This document shows positions 31,456-48,663 of a stretch of DNA of 64,000 nucleotides, piece after piece (the first letter of the stretch is position 1; every line of letters begins with the position of its first letter). The stretch is from the human T2T-CHM13v2.0 reference genome, Homo sapiens: assembly GCF_009914755.1 (NCBI RefSeq), contig NC_060936.1; one strand, 5' to 3'. The position numbers were made by a program, and so were the translations under genes. The notes beneath the pieces are model-generated. The model ran no database searches and was not told the origin of the DNA. It worked only from the letters and a program-made list of their open reading frames with translations.

Positions 31456-32180
31456 AGATACCATCTCACACCAGTCAGATGGCTGTTATTAAAAAATCAA
31501 AAAATAAATAGATGCTGCCGAGGTTGTGGAGAAGAGGGAATGCTTATACACCGCTGATAAGACTGTAAATTAGTTCAGCCATTGTGGGAAGCAGTCTGGC
31601 GATTTCTCAAAGAACTTAAAACAGAATTACCATTCAACCCAGCAATCCTACTATTGGGTATATACCCAGAAGAATATAAATCATTCTACTATAAAGACAC
31701 ATGCACATATGTTCATTGCAACACTATTCACAATAGCAAAGACATGGAATCAACCTAAATGCCCATCAATAGGAGACTGCATAAAGAAAATATGGTACAT
31801 AAACATCATGGAATACTATGCAGCCATAGAGAAGAACAAGATCATGTTCATTGCAGCAACATGGATGCAGCTGGAGGACATTATCCTAAGTGAACTAACG
31901 CAGGAACGGAAAACCAAATACTCTATGTTCTCAAATTACAAGTGAGAACTAAACAGAGAATACATATAGACACAAAGAAGGAAACAACAGACACCAGGGC
32001 TTACTTGATGGTGGAGGATGGGAGGAGGGTGAGGACAGAAAAACTAACTATTGATTACTTTGCTTATTACCTGGGTGATGAAATCATCTGTACGCCAAAC
32101 CCCAGCAACCCACAATTTACGCGTGTAACAAACCTTCACACGTACCCCTGAACCTAAAATAAAAGTAAAAAAAAAAAAAA
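31456..32180 (+). mobile_element. 5'-truncated L1 (L1PA15/16-like)
   Basis: [20 protein letters not shown]..., then 3'UTR and poly(A). Confidence 0.93.
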
Positions 32181-32900
32181 GTCTTAAATTCTGCTATCAC
32201 ACAGAATGTCACAATTAAGCTTTCGCAGCCTTAAATTATGGGGAATGGTGTTCTGTCTTGGAGATGGAGGTTCTTAAAGAAATTAGTTTATAATAGATAC
32301 CTGTTTCATCAAAATTGAAAATTTGATTCAATGTATAGCCTTCTTTTTCAATTAACTTTCCCTATGAGTACTGGAAGCTATTTTGCAGCATTCTCTTCTG
32401 CACTTGTGGCTTTGCCCAACTGATGAAGGCCTTGGAAATTGCAGTGATGTTGGAAACCACCAAACCAGCTATATGCTAATACGACCAGTAAACAGAGCCA
32501 GTTTTGCAGGATTTGGCAATTTCTATGTAAAGTGTTCTTATATAGAGAGTTTTCACTTACATTGCAAGAAAAGTTATTCCCGATTCTTTTTTGCTGTTGT
32601 TCTTTAATCTATATGTCCAACAATCTTTCCACTTAAGAAAACGTTTTTTATTGCTCTAGGCTTTGTACTTATTTGACATCATAGCACTTGAAGTTGTTGC
32701 AAGCATAAAACTTTCTTTTATTTTTACAGCACAGATCTTTGTTTTATTTTTGTAGCATTGTCTCTGATGGTCCACAGTATAATGCCTTTATTTCTGTTGC
32801 TCAGGAGATATCACATATCCTCTCTTTTTTTTTCAAAATGCTGTATTATTTCAATTTGCTCCTGAAAATGTAAAGCTTTCAATTGCACACACTGCTTGGC

Positions 32901-33261
<361 letters not shown>

Positions 33262-34046
33262 CTGCTTGGCATTTTTAAACCAGTAAGATTTGACAGTTTG
33301 GGAAGTCGGATGAGTGGTTTTTCAAGATAATTCACAAATGCAAAAGAATAGCAAAACCCGAGGAAAATACACGAGGTGAGTGGAGGTGGCAGTTTCTGGT
33401 GTGTGCAAGTGAGCATTTTGTGCATTCCCCTGGTTCAAATCAGTGGGGTTCAGGTTTCTTCACTCATGCATAAGCACATGATATTCATGTTATACTCAAA
33501 TTGTTCCCTAATATGTCAAATGCTTTGGAACAAATTCTCATTTTGAAATAAGTGCTTATCACTACTGATTTATTACACTACCTAACTCAGATATCCCACG
33601 GGACATTCAAGTCAACATGTTGAAAAGTTAGCTCATTACTTTTTTCTTTTTCTTTCTTTTATTTTCTTTCTGCTTTGTTTGTTCTAACCAACTTGTTCCT
33701 GCCCTATGTTTCTACTTCAGTGAGTGATAACATCAAGATCTGCATTGATTAAGCCATAAACCTGGGTTTTATCTTTACCTTCCTTGTCTCGTCTATATCC
33801 TGTCTATTCCGCACCCTAAGCACTTTGAGAATCTTTTGAATTCTTCACATCACCACTACCACTCCCTTAATTAACAATACCACTCCTTTCTCAACTGGAT
33901 TATTAATTCAGCCTCGCAAATTCTAAAGCTAGTCTTCTCTCATCCATTTTTATCTCTGCAACCAATTACATTTCTAAATTATAAATTTGATCTTATCTCT
34001 CCCCTGTTTAGAACCTGGCCCTAGCTCCCCATTGACAATGAGATAA

Positions 34047-34365
<319 letters not shown>

Positions 34366-34415
34366 TAAAGTTTAATTTTTAAAATATGGCTTAGGAGGCA
34401 TTTTCTTCAACCCCC

Positions 34416-34864
34416 AGTGAACCCTGAAAATCTGAGACAGGTCTCAGTTAATTTAGAAAGTTTATTTTGCCAAGGTTGAGGACATGCACCCACGACACAG
34501 CCTCAGGAGATCCTGACGACATGTGCCCCAGGTGTTTGGGGCACAGCTTGGTTTTATACATTTTAGGCAGACATGAGACATCAATCAATATACATAAGCC
34601 GTATGTTGGTTTTGTCCAGAAAGGTGGGACAACTCGAAGCAGGGAGGGGGCTTCCAGGTCATAGGCAGATGAGAGACAAATGGTTTCATTCTTTTGAGTT
34701 TCTGATTAGCCTTTCCAAAGGAGGCAATCAGATATGCATCTATCTCGTGAGCAGAGGGATGACTTTGAATAAAATGGAAGGCAAGTTTGCCTAAGCAGTT
34801 ACCAGCTTGACTTTTCCCTTTAGCTTGGTGATTTTGGGACCCCAAGATTTATTTTCCTTTCACA
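34416..34864 (-). mobile_element. MER4A/MER4A1-like solo LTR (ERV1)
   Basis: gagacaggtctcagttaatttagaaagtttattttgccaagg...tttattttcctttcaca; cccc on both flanks fits a 4-bp TSD. Confidence 0.88.
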
Positions 34865-36329
34865 CCCCTGACTCTTCCAGCCTCATCTCTTATAACTCCT
34901 GCCCTCACACTTAGTTTCAGATCTCAATACATTCTGTCCTTTCTGTTTCTCCCTATCCCAATAATTTGACTCTCAGGTCTTGTTCAGATAATCTTCCCTT
35001 TTTGAACTTTTCCCTTATCCCATTGGTCTAAGCAAGATACACCTACCTGGTGCTTCCATAGCACTTTTCTCTGTCAAGGTATTTGTTGCATAATTGTACT
35101 TTGCTGATTACTCATCACTTATCACCTCAAACAGGTGCTGTGCTCTTGTTCATTGTTGAATCCCTGGAACCTAACATGTGACTTAACATACAATAGCAGC
35201 TCAATGAAAGTTTGTTAGCAGAGTTGAATGAGGGTGGTCTAACGGTATATTTCAACCTCAGGCAATCAAAACCTTACCATACTGTTTAGCCCAGGCAAGT
35301 TTAACTTGGGCTACCCTAAGCATGGTCAGAGGTTTATCTGGTGTCCTACACAAAATATGAAGCTTTTGTACATATTTTAGAGGTATCTTAACATGGAAGG
35401 AGTGACTGTGTTCTGCTCCTAAAACTCTGTTCAAACATCCGGAGTTTCTTAGTTCCTATCCATATGATAGCCTTATTCCGGAAGAAGTTTCAATTTACAT
35501 TATGTTCCTAGAGAAATGTGTGTTATACAGACTTAAAGAAACTTGAAAAATCATGTGTTTCAATCACCTTACTTTAAAGAAACTGAGACAGAGTTTTAGT
35601 TATTTGGTTTTTTTCAGCTTTATTGAAGTATAATTGACAAATAATATTAGGTACTTGCTAAATAACATACAGCTTTTGGTGGCAGAGCTGGGATTAAAAC
35701 TCGAGTCTTCAGATTTCCACTTTAGAATTTTGGGGGTCACTACTCTTTTTCAAGCCATACTCATATAAATCTTAAAACCATACTCATTTTAAAATCTTAA
35801 AAGAAATTTAAGATTTTAGAGCTCTATCTTGCAGTTAGTTTCAAAATTTTTATGCTGTGAAGATCATTTACCACACAGCTTCTTGTTATATTTGTAAAAC
35901 CAATTTAATTTAAAATAGTGAACACCATACTAAATTTTAATTATAATTTTAGCATGAATGCACTTTACTATTTCTTGGGATATCAGCACAGAAAATGATT
36001 AACGATTCTTTTTGACTTTTAAATCAATATTTATTGGCATTATTTATTGACTTATCAACAACAAATACTGTAAATATTTAATTTTGAGTATAAACCAAGA
36101 ACTTTCTGGAAGCAAAGATTAGAACCCTTCCTCAGTGGAAACACTAATGAGTTTCATCTGAAAGCACTCATGACAGCAAGAGCAACAGAAATCTCACACA
36201 GGTAGAGAGCTATCTACGCCAGCCTCATCATAGGGACTAATTTATGTACTTTAGGAATCAGAAAAAATCCAAATATCCTCTTGCAGCAAGTTTATCTTGT
36301 TTTTCCCTTAGCAGACATTAACAACACTA

Positions 36330-36467
36330 TTTTTAAAATTTTTCTTTTTTAGAGATGGGGTCTTACTATGTTGCCCAGGCTGGTCCCAATCTCCTGGGCT
36401 CAAGAGATCCACTTCCTAGGCCTCCCAAAGTGTTAGGACTACAGGCATGAGCCACTGCACCTGACCA
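36330..36467 (-). mobile_element. Alu monomer (FLAM-like)
   Basis: Single left monomer with a T-rich tail. Confidence 0.85.
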
Positions 36468-36939
36468 ACAAAACTCACTATTATGATGACTCAATAACTA
36501 CCTGCCTTGGGTTGTGATCAGCCTACCACCTCTCTCTTCACTCTGGAGTTTGTTTCACTTTATTACGGGACTTCCACTTTCCACCCTTCTCATGTGTAAC
36601 TTCTTCAGGCTCACAGACCCTTATCTCAGCCTAAAGGGTCATTTTGTTAGTAGCTAGCTGAAGATTTTTAAAAAAGCATCCTAAGAAAGGGACATTGGTT
36701 ATAATAGGCACTGTAATGGATTCATTCATGAATATGTGAATATATATCTATAAATTAATAAACTATATAATATATATGAGAGAATATAAGAACATAATAT
36801 GATAAAATTGCAATGGATATATTTTTTTCTATTACTGCCTCTCTCTCTTTCTCTCCATATCTGCATGAGAAGTATGACAGGTCCCATATTTTTCTGATAA
36901 CTTTTAGATGATTAAAAAAATGTCCTTTTATCACTTTTA

Positions 36940-38045
36940 GACTTTCTTCTATTTGGCAAACCCTCTCCTCTTCGTGTGTTGGAATGTCCCAGTGCTCAGT
37001 CCTCAGGCCTCTTCTCTCTGTTTATGTTCACCCTCTCAATCTCTTCTAGCCCTTGCGGCTTTAATATCTTCCACATCTTAATGACTTTCCAATGTCTGTT
37101 TGCAGACCCAGACACTTCCCTTAAATTCCAGACCCTCATATCCAACTGCTCACTTGACATCTTCACTTGATGTCCAAATGAACCCTTGACTTCTTCCCTA
37201 AATGGCTTTTTCCTCAGTCCCTCCCATTTCAATCAATTGCAAATGTATTTTTTTAGCTGCTTATACTTAAAACATCAATGTCCATTTTACTCTTTTTTTT
37301 CCCCTCTCATACCTCCACAGCCAATCCATCAACAATTCCTGTTACCTCTTGTTTGTGAAATAGATTCAAAACTGAACCACTTCTTACAACCTCTCCACTA
37401 TCAACCTTGTCCAAGTCACTGTCATCTCTCACATGGATTATTTTAACTGCTTCAAAATTTGTCTTTCTGATGGTGCCCTTGCTCCCTACAACGTATTCGT
37501 GGCATAGCAGTCAAAGTAAACATGGAGACATTGTTTATAAAGTAAACACACAATGTAGATCATGTAATTTTTCTGCTCAAAACTCTGATAGTTCCTCATC
37601 TCATTCACAGTAAGACTCAGACTCTTCACCACCATCTAACTTCCCTATTCTCATTTTCCACCACTCACTGCATTATTTAATTCCATTTCAGCCTACCTGG
37701 CCTCCTGAAATCCACTTTATCAGACCAAGCATACACCTGGCTCAGGGCCTTTGCACTCACTCTTTCTTATGCCCAATACTTTCACACCAATTCAATGTTA
37801 AATAGCGCCTTCCTCTCCATTCCTTCCACCCCATGTCAGACTTTATTGCCTTTCTCTGCATTATGTTTTCTCAGACCACTTATCTGACATCACTTATTTA
37901 TCTGTTTGTTGTCTAACTCCTCCTCTATAATTCAAGTATCGTGAGATCAGAGATCTGGTGTATTTTTTACCACTGAAACTTTCACACCTCAAATAATGTA
38001 GACCTATAAGTGCTTAATAAACATATGTCAAATGAATGAAACAGT
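36940..38045 (+). mobile_element. L2 (end of RT domain to 3' tail)
   Basis: ccaactgctcacttgacatcttcacttgatgtc...ctcagggcctttgcact...gtgcttaataaacatatgtcaaatgaatgaa. Confidence 0.85.
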
Positions 38046-38959
38046 AAATACAGATATGTTATATAATATTATGCTACATGGTTAATTTCAGGGCCACTGG
38101 GAGTGAATTTAAAGACTACTCAGATTATTTTATATGTAATGACACTTTCGTTTGAAGTAGTTTATCTTAATATATGTAATTTTAGTAATTCAGCTTATAT
38201 TTATTTCTTAGTATTTAATGTTTATAAAGTGTTCATAATTTGCTGTAAATGCTATAAAATAAGCAAAGAATTCATTCTCCACTAAGTGATAATAACATAT
38301 GTATTTATAATAAAATTGATTTAACTAGGTTGTCATTTTCATTTTTCCAAATAGGAGTATGACTATTATGTGAAAAACTTATCATAACTTGGTAATATTG
38401 ATGCTGCTGCTGATAATGATGATGATGATGAGGAGGAAGGTTGAGAAGGGACCCACACCTTGAGCAAGCTTTGCTTTTCACAATCCTCTTTAATTCTATT
38501 AATAGGACCCAAGGAGAAGCTCCCACTCAGTCAGAGTAGGCCTACCCCTTCCCCAACATGATCAGTAAGTTCTGAACCATAGTTCCTCAACGTCTTCTGC
38601 TCAATTTTCAGAATTCGGAAAGGAGCCACATACATCTACCCTTTCCACTAAAACTCACTGACTTGAGTCCATCCACCAAGACTCACCTCATGATTTTTAT
38701 TCCTGTTGCATCAACACCATAAGCATCTCTTAATTCCAGGTCTTTCTTCATTTCCCACTCTCTAATCCCCATAAGGCTCTGCCATTTCTTGATCCTATCT
38801 TTTTTTCCACACTTTTGTAACTTTTGAAATTCACCACGATTCTCTTCATCTTTTTCCTTCACTGAAAACCTGGCTCTCCTCTGAGGACACGGTTTCCCTT
38901 GCAGTCTTTCAAGCAGTGGCTGTATTTTCTCCCATAGCTCTAGAAATACTGGGATCTTA

Positions 38960-40225
38960 GGTTGGAATTTTAGTCTATTTACATTTAATATAATCACTGA
39001 TAAAGTTGGATTTATGGGGTTTTTTTGTATATTGTATGTCTTACGTCTTTTTTTGTGTCTCTATTCTTCAAATACTGTTTCTTTTTGTATTAAGTAGCTA
39101 TTTTCTGTGTTCCATTTTCATTTTCTTATTGTTTCTTTTACTTTACTTTTTAACTATTTTCTTAGTAGTTGCCCTGAGGCTTACAATTGATATCTTATTT
39201 TGAAACAACCTAGTTTGGATTAATATCAACTTAATTTCAGTAGTATACATAAACTTTGTCCTAGTGTAGTTCCAGTCCCTTTCTCCCTCCTTTGTGCTAT
39301 TATAGTCATAGCACAAAGTCACAAATTACATTTTTACAGTTCTATCTACACAGTTTTGTAACTGGTGCTTTATGCAGTTGTCTTTTAAATCAGATATAAA
39401 AAGTCTTACAAACAAAAGTATATTTACATTGTCTTATATATTTACCTACATAGGTACCCTTATCAGGACTCTTCATGTTTTATGTGGATTCAAGTTACTA
39501 CCTAATGCCTTTTTATTTCAGCCTGAAGGATTTCCTTTAGAATTTATTGTAGGATAGGTCTACTAACAATAAATTCTTGCGGCTTTTTAAAATCTGAGAA
39601 TGTCTTAATTTCTCCTTCATTTTTAAAGAATAGTTTTGCTGAATGAAGAATTCTGTGCTGATAGTATTTGTCTTTCAGCAGTTTGAATATGTCAACTCAT
39701 TTCCTGCTGGATTCTGCACTTTCTGATGACAAGTTAGCTATTAATCTTTTTTCAGTATGCCTTTTATGTGATGAGTCACTTTTCTCTTGCTGCTTTCAAG
39801 ATTCTCTCTGTCTTGTTTGTCTTTTTGATGATTTGACTACAATGTGCCTAGATGTACATTTATTTTAGTTTATACTAGTTGGATTTTTTTGAGATTTTTG
39901 GATCAGCAAGTTAGTATTTTTCATCAAACTTCAGATGTTTTCAGCTGTTATTTCTTTAAATATTATCTCCCTCTTTTGGGGGGATACCCATTATATTGCT
40001 ATACTTAATGGTATCCCACAGGTCTCTAAGGCTCTGTTCCTTTGTCTTTATTCTTGTTTTTTGTTTGTTTGTTTGTTTGTTTTGTTTTCTTCTCCTCAGA
40101 TTCAGTAAGTTTCAATTGACTACTTTCTAGTTTGGTGATTCTCTCTTCTGACTCCTCAAATCTGCTGTTGAGTCCCTCCAGTGAATTTTTTATTTCAGTT
40201 ATCGTACTTTTTAACTCCAGAAATT
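38960..40225 (-). mobile_element. Old L1M (ORF1 and inter-ORF region)
   Basis: T-rich; tctgagaatgtcttaatttctccttcatttttaaagaatagttttgctg and ccagtgaattttttatttcag. Confidence 0.8.
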
Positions 40226-40569
40226 CTGTGAACTATGAAGCCAAGGTTGTGGTTAATTAGCTGTGTCTTTAATTTGTGTTTTCTATTTTGAGTATTATTC
40301 AGAAAGACAGATTAAATGGAAAATCCAGAGTGGTGTTCAGGTAAGACATTATCTTGCTGAATGGAGCAAAGACACTGCTTCTTTCTAAGATAAAGAGAGA
40401 TACAAGGAAGAAAGATGAAGCTAGCTGAGCAAGAGTTTCCTTTGGAAACCTGGAAATATGACTGCCTAAGGAAGTCATATTTCTGAGTTCATATACTATT
40501 TTAATTCAAATATATAATTTAAGAATGGTAGAGAAACATATACTCAAATGGAAATAGAAAAAGTATTCA

Positions 40570-40978
40570 AAACCTGATGTATAATAGACTAGCATATCCA
40601 CACAATGGAATACTGTTCAGCAAGAAAAGAAATAAAGTACTAATACATGCAGCAACATAGATGAATCTCAACTGTATAAAGCTAAGTGAAAGAGCCAGAT
40701 TCAGAAGCCTACGTATTCTATGATTCCATTATGTGACAATCCAGAACAGACAAAATTATAGGAACAGGCAACAGATCAGTGGTTAATAGGCAATGGAGGA
40801 GGAGAGAAGAGATTGACTAAAAAGGAAAATGAGAAGATTGTTTTGAAGAACTGTTCTATGTTTGATTATAGTGATGGATTTGCAACTATATGCATTTGAC
40901 AAAATATAGAACTGAGCAGTGTAATGGATGAATTATAGTTTATGTAAGTTATACTCAGTAAACATGACTTTAAAAAAA
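40570..40978 (+). mobile_element. L1MC/ME 3' end
   Basis: tatccacacaatggaatact...gctaagtgaaagagccag...ttatactcagtaaa. Confidence 0.8.
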
Positions 40979-41089
40979 GCTAAATGGAAATTATTTTTAG
41001 TATCTATTACATATAATTAAAATAGAATCCAAAGATTCAATTAGAACTTTTCACATGTAGGGCCTTTCACTTATATTTGAAAATATATA

Positions 41090-42082
41090 GAATAGGAACA
41101 GCTCCAGTATACAGCTCCCAGCATGAGTGACGCAGAAGACGGGTGATTTCTGCATTTCCAACTAAGTTACCGGGTTCATCTCACTGGGAATTGTCGGACA
41201 GTGGGTGCAGTGCACCGAGTGTGAGCCGAAGCAGGGCGAGGCATCACCTCACCCAGGAAGCACAAGGGGTCGGGGAATTCCCTTTCCTAGTCAAAGAAAG
41301 TGGTGACAGATGGCACCTGGAAAATCAGGTTACTTCCACCCTAATACTGTGCTTTTCCAACAGTCTTAGCAAACGGCACACCAGGAGATTATATCCCGCG
41401 CATGGCTCGGAGGGTCCTATGGCCATGGAGCCTCATTCATTGCTAGCACAGCAGTCTGAGATCAAACTGCAAGGCAGCAGCGAGGCTGGGGAAGGGGTGA
41501 CCGCCATTGCCGAGGCTTGAGTAGGTAAACAAAGCGGCCAGGAAGCTCAAACTGGGTGGAGCCCACCACAGCTCAAGGAGGCCTGCCTGCCTCTGTAGAT
41601 TCCACCCCTGGGGGCAGGGCATAGCCAAACAAAACACAGCAGAAACCTCTGCAGACTTAAATGTCCCTCTCTGACAGCTTTGAAGAGAGTAGTGGTTCTC
41701 CCAGCATGCAGCTGGAGATCTGAGAACAGACAGACTGCCTCCTCAAGTGGGTCCCTGACCCCCGAGTAGCCTATCTGTGAGGCACCACCTAGTAGGGGCA
41801 GACTGACACCTCACACGGCCGGGTACTCCTCTGAGACAAAACTTCCAGAGGAATGATCAGGCAGCAACATTTGCTGTTCACCAATATCTGCTGTTCTGCA
41901 GCCTCTGCTGCTGATACCCAGGCAAACAAGGTCTGGAGTGGACCTCCAGCAACCTCCAACAAACCTGCAGCTGAGGGTCCTGACTGTTAAAAGGAAAACT
42001 AACAAACAGAAAGGACGTCCACACCAAAAACCCATCTGTACGTCATCATCATCATAGACCAAAGGTAGATAAAACCACAAAG
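41090..42082. promoter_or_regulatory. L1 5'UTR (sense and antisense promoter region); YY1 site missing; about 129-bp ZNF93-target segment retained (about 41830-41958)
   Basis: Starts at gaataggaacagctcc. Carries extra sequence between gggtactcc and aac(a/g)acctgcag relative to L1HS as I recall it. Confidence 0.8.
41433..41507 (-). pseudogene. L1 ORF0 truncated to 24 aa
   Basis: MAVTPSPASLLPCSLISDCCASNE* with a premature TGA. Confidence 0.8.
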
Positions 42083-43097
42083 ATGGGGAACAAGCAGAGC
42101 AGAAAAACTGGAAACTCTAAAAATCAGAGCGCCTCTCATCCTCCAAAGCAATGCAGCTCCTCACCAGCAACGGACCAAAGCTGGATGGAGAATGACTTTG
42201 ACGAGTTGAGAGAAGAAGGCTTCAGACGACCAAACTACTCCAAGCTAAAGGAGGAAGTTTGAACCCATGGCAAAGAAGTTAAAAACCTTGAAAAAAAATT
42301 AGACGAATGGCTAACTAGAATAACCAATGCAGAGAACTCCTTAAAGGACCTGATGGAGCTGAAAACCATGGCATGAGAACTACATGACGAATGCATAAGC
42401 TTCAGTAACCAATTCAATCAACTGGAAGAAAGGGTATCAGTGATGGAAGATCAAATGCATGAAATGAAGCAAGAAGAGAAGTTTAGAGAAAAAAGAATAA
42501 AAAGAAATGAACAAAGCCTCCAAGAAATATGGGACTATGTGAAAAGACCAAATCTACGTCTGATTGGTGTACCTGAAAGTGATGGGGAGAATGGAACCAA
42601 GTTGGAAAACACTCTGCAGGATATTATGCAGGAGAACTTCCCCAATCTAGCAAGGCAGGCCAACTTTCAAATTCAGGAAATACAGAGAATGCCACAAAGA
42701 TACTCCTTGAGAAGACCAACTCCAAGACACATAAATGTCAGATTCACCAAAGTTGAAATGAAGGAAAAAATGTTAAGGGCAGCCAGAGAGAAAGGTCGGG
42801 TTACCCACAAAGGGAAGCCCATCAGACTAACAGCTGATCTCTCGGCAGAAACTCTACAAACCAGAAGACAGTGCGGGCCAATTTTCAACATACTTAAAGA
42901 AAAGAATTTTCAACCCCGAATTTCATATCCAGCCAAACAGCTTCATAAGTGAAGGAGAAATAAAATCCCTCACAGACAAGCAAATGCTGAGAGATTTTGT
43001 CACCACCACGCCTGCCCTATGAGAGCTCCTGAAGGAAGCACTAAACATGGAAAGGAACAACCGGTACCAGCCACTGCAAAAACATGCCAAGTTGTAA
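42083..43097 (+). pseudogene. L1 ORF1p, disrupted
   Basis: ATG at 42083; premature TGA codons near 42260 and 42374; frameshift near 42940; EIWDYVKRPNLRLIG and REKG motifs. Confidence 0.93.
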
Positions 43098-43160
43098 AGA
43101 CCATCGAGGCTAGGAAGAAAATGCATCAACTAACGAGCAAAATAACCAGCTAACATCATA

Positions 43161-46989
<3,829 letters not shown>

Positions 46990-47630
46990 ACAATGAGAAC
47001 TCATGGACACAGGAAGGGGAATGTCACACACCGGGGCCTGTTGTGGAGTGGGGAGAGGGGGGAGGGATAGCATTAGGAGATATAAATAATGTTAAATGAC
47101 GAGTTAATAGGTGCAGCACACCAACATGGCACATGTATACATATGTAACTAACCTGCACATTGTGCACATGTACCCTAGAACTTAAAGTATAATAATAAA
47201 AAAAGAAAATATATAGAATAGGAAGTATTTAATGATCCAAAATCTACTGAGGCTTATAAAACTTAAAGATTATTCCCAAGCAATACCAATTCATGGAAAA
47301 AGTTTCTTTTTACAGCTTTCAGTGGGATCCTTCATTGCCCTGTAACAGTAAAGGAGGCTGTTCATGCACTTTTCATCAGGACATTCAGTAGTATGGTGGA
47401 TTTGCTTTGATTAACTGTTAATAATTTGAATATGTAATCACCATCCCTTTTCTTTTGCAGTGATTTAAAACTTCTTAGTATGACTAATATGTCAGAATTT
47501 TAAGATCAATAGTCTTCCAATCATTAAACTTGAAATGGAACAAAAGGATATTTTCATGAAGTCAGAAAAATTTAAATTACAAGAGGTGAAAAATTATTTG
47601 ATTTTTTCTTTTCTTTTCTCATTTTTATAG

Positions 47631-47711
47631 GCTCCCCTATCTTCCTGGTACAATGCCCTCAGTGGTGTCATGCAAGGAGGAGAGCTTTTGCTGTGGGCAC
47701 AGCCCTCAGAG
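47631..47711 (+). other. Candidate 81-nt exon with a GC donor
   Basis: Long polypyrimidine acceptor ttttttcttttcttttctcatttttatag| and donor GAG|gcaagt. Confidence 0.4.
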
Positions 47712-48663
47712 GCAAGTTTTCTTAATTTATTTTTGCTTCAATATTGAGTTACTGCTCCTCAAGTCACCTGGCTCTCCAGAACATGAAATTTATAGATATG
47801 TGACATCATGAGACTCTTCCAATCTAAAACCTAGGCTTATTTAGATACACAAATATATTTCCCCTCTTGCTTCTATTAACTTTGTATAACTTGGTCCATT
47901 AATCTATCTCTAATACAATATCAGGTTTAATGTTCTCATTTGGTAATTATTTATTATCTTACATAAAATTGTCTAATTTATCAATCTCTACCTCTTTTAT
48001 CTAAAGTTGAGATACTTCTGTTACTCCCATTTGTATAGAAAAGCTAGAATTATCAAATACCCAATTGTTTCGTGACAATTAAACATTTTAAAGTTATATT
48101 TAGACTGCATGTGCAGAGCATATGTTAGCTTACAAAGGAAATTAACCTCTTTATTCAAATGAACATCACTAAGTTAATTTTGAGTGGATAGCTAATGAGA
48201 TTACATGGATAAGATTTTTTTTTAAAGGGCATCACCCTGGGTCAAACCAATATATATTTTCCCATAACAATTATCTTCTTAATGGGTATTGCTTTGTAGC
48301 AAATTACTTGCCTGGGACTCGTGACACAGGCCAGTAGTAGCAATATAAATGTTAGAACAGTTGCTTTGAGTAAGGTAATGAAAGATATGTTTCATTTTGT
48401 ATATGCTGTTTTGTGGTACAAAGAGCTTAATCTACAACTTTATATTCATACAACTGAACCAAGACACTTTGCATTTTTCCTTAACAGTTTCTTAACTCTG
48501 ATTCCATAAAGCTATTTACCTTAGAGACAATGGCTTTTTCTATGTTAAGAGTGGGACAGATTTCCTACAGAGAGTATGTGACTTACCTGTGAAGCTTTAC
48601 AATAAAAGTTATATAATAATAAAAATCATGATGATAGCTAACCTTTTTTGATCACTTACATTT

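Noticed and set aside
47040-47070. G-quadruplex-like tracts here and at about 2873 and 3262
   Set aside because: Standard L1 3'UTR polypurine tract.
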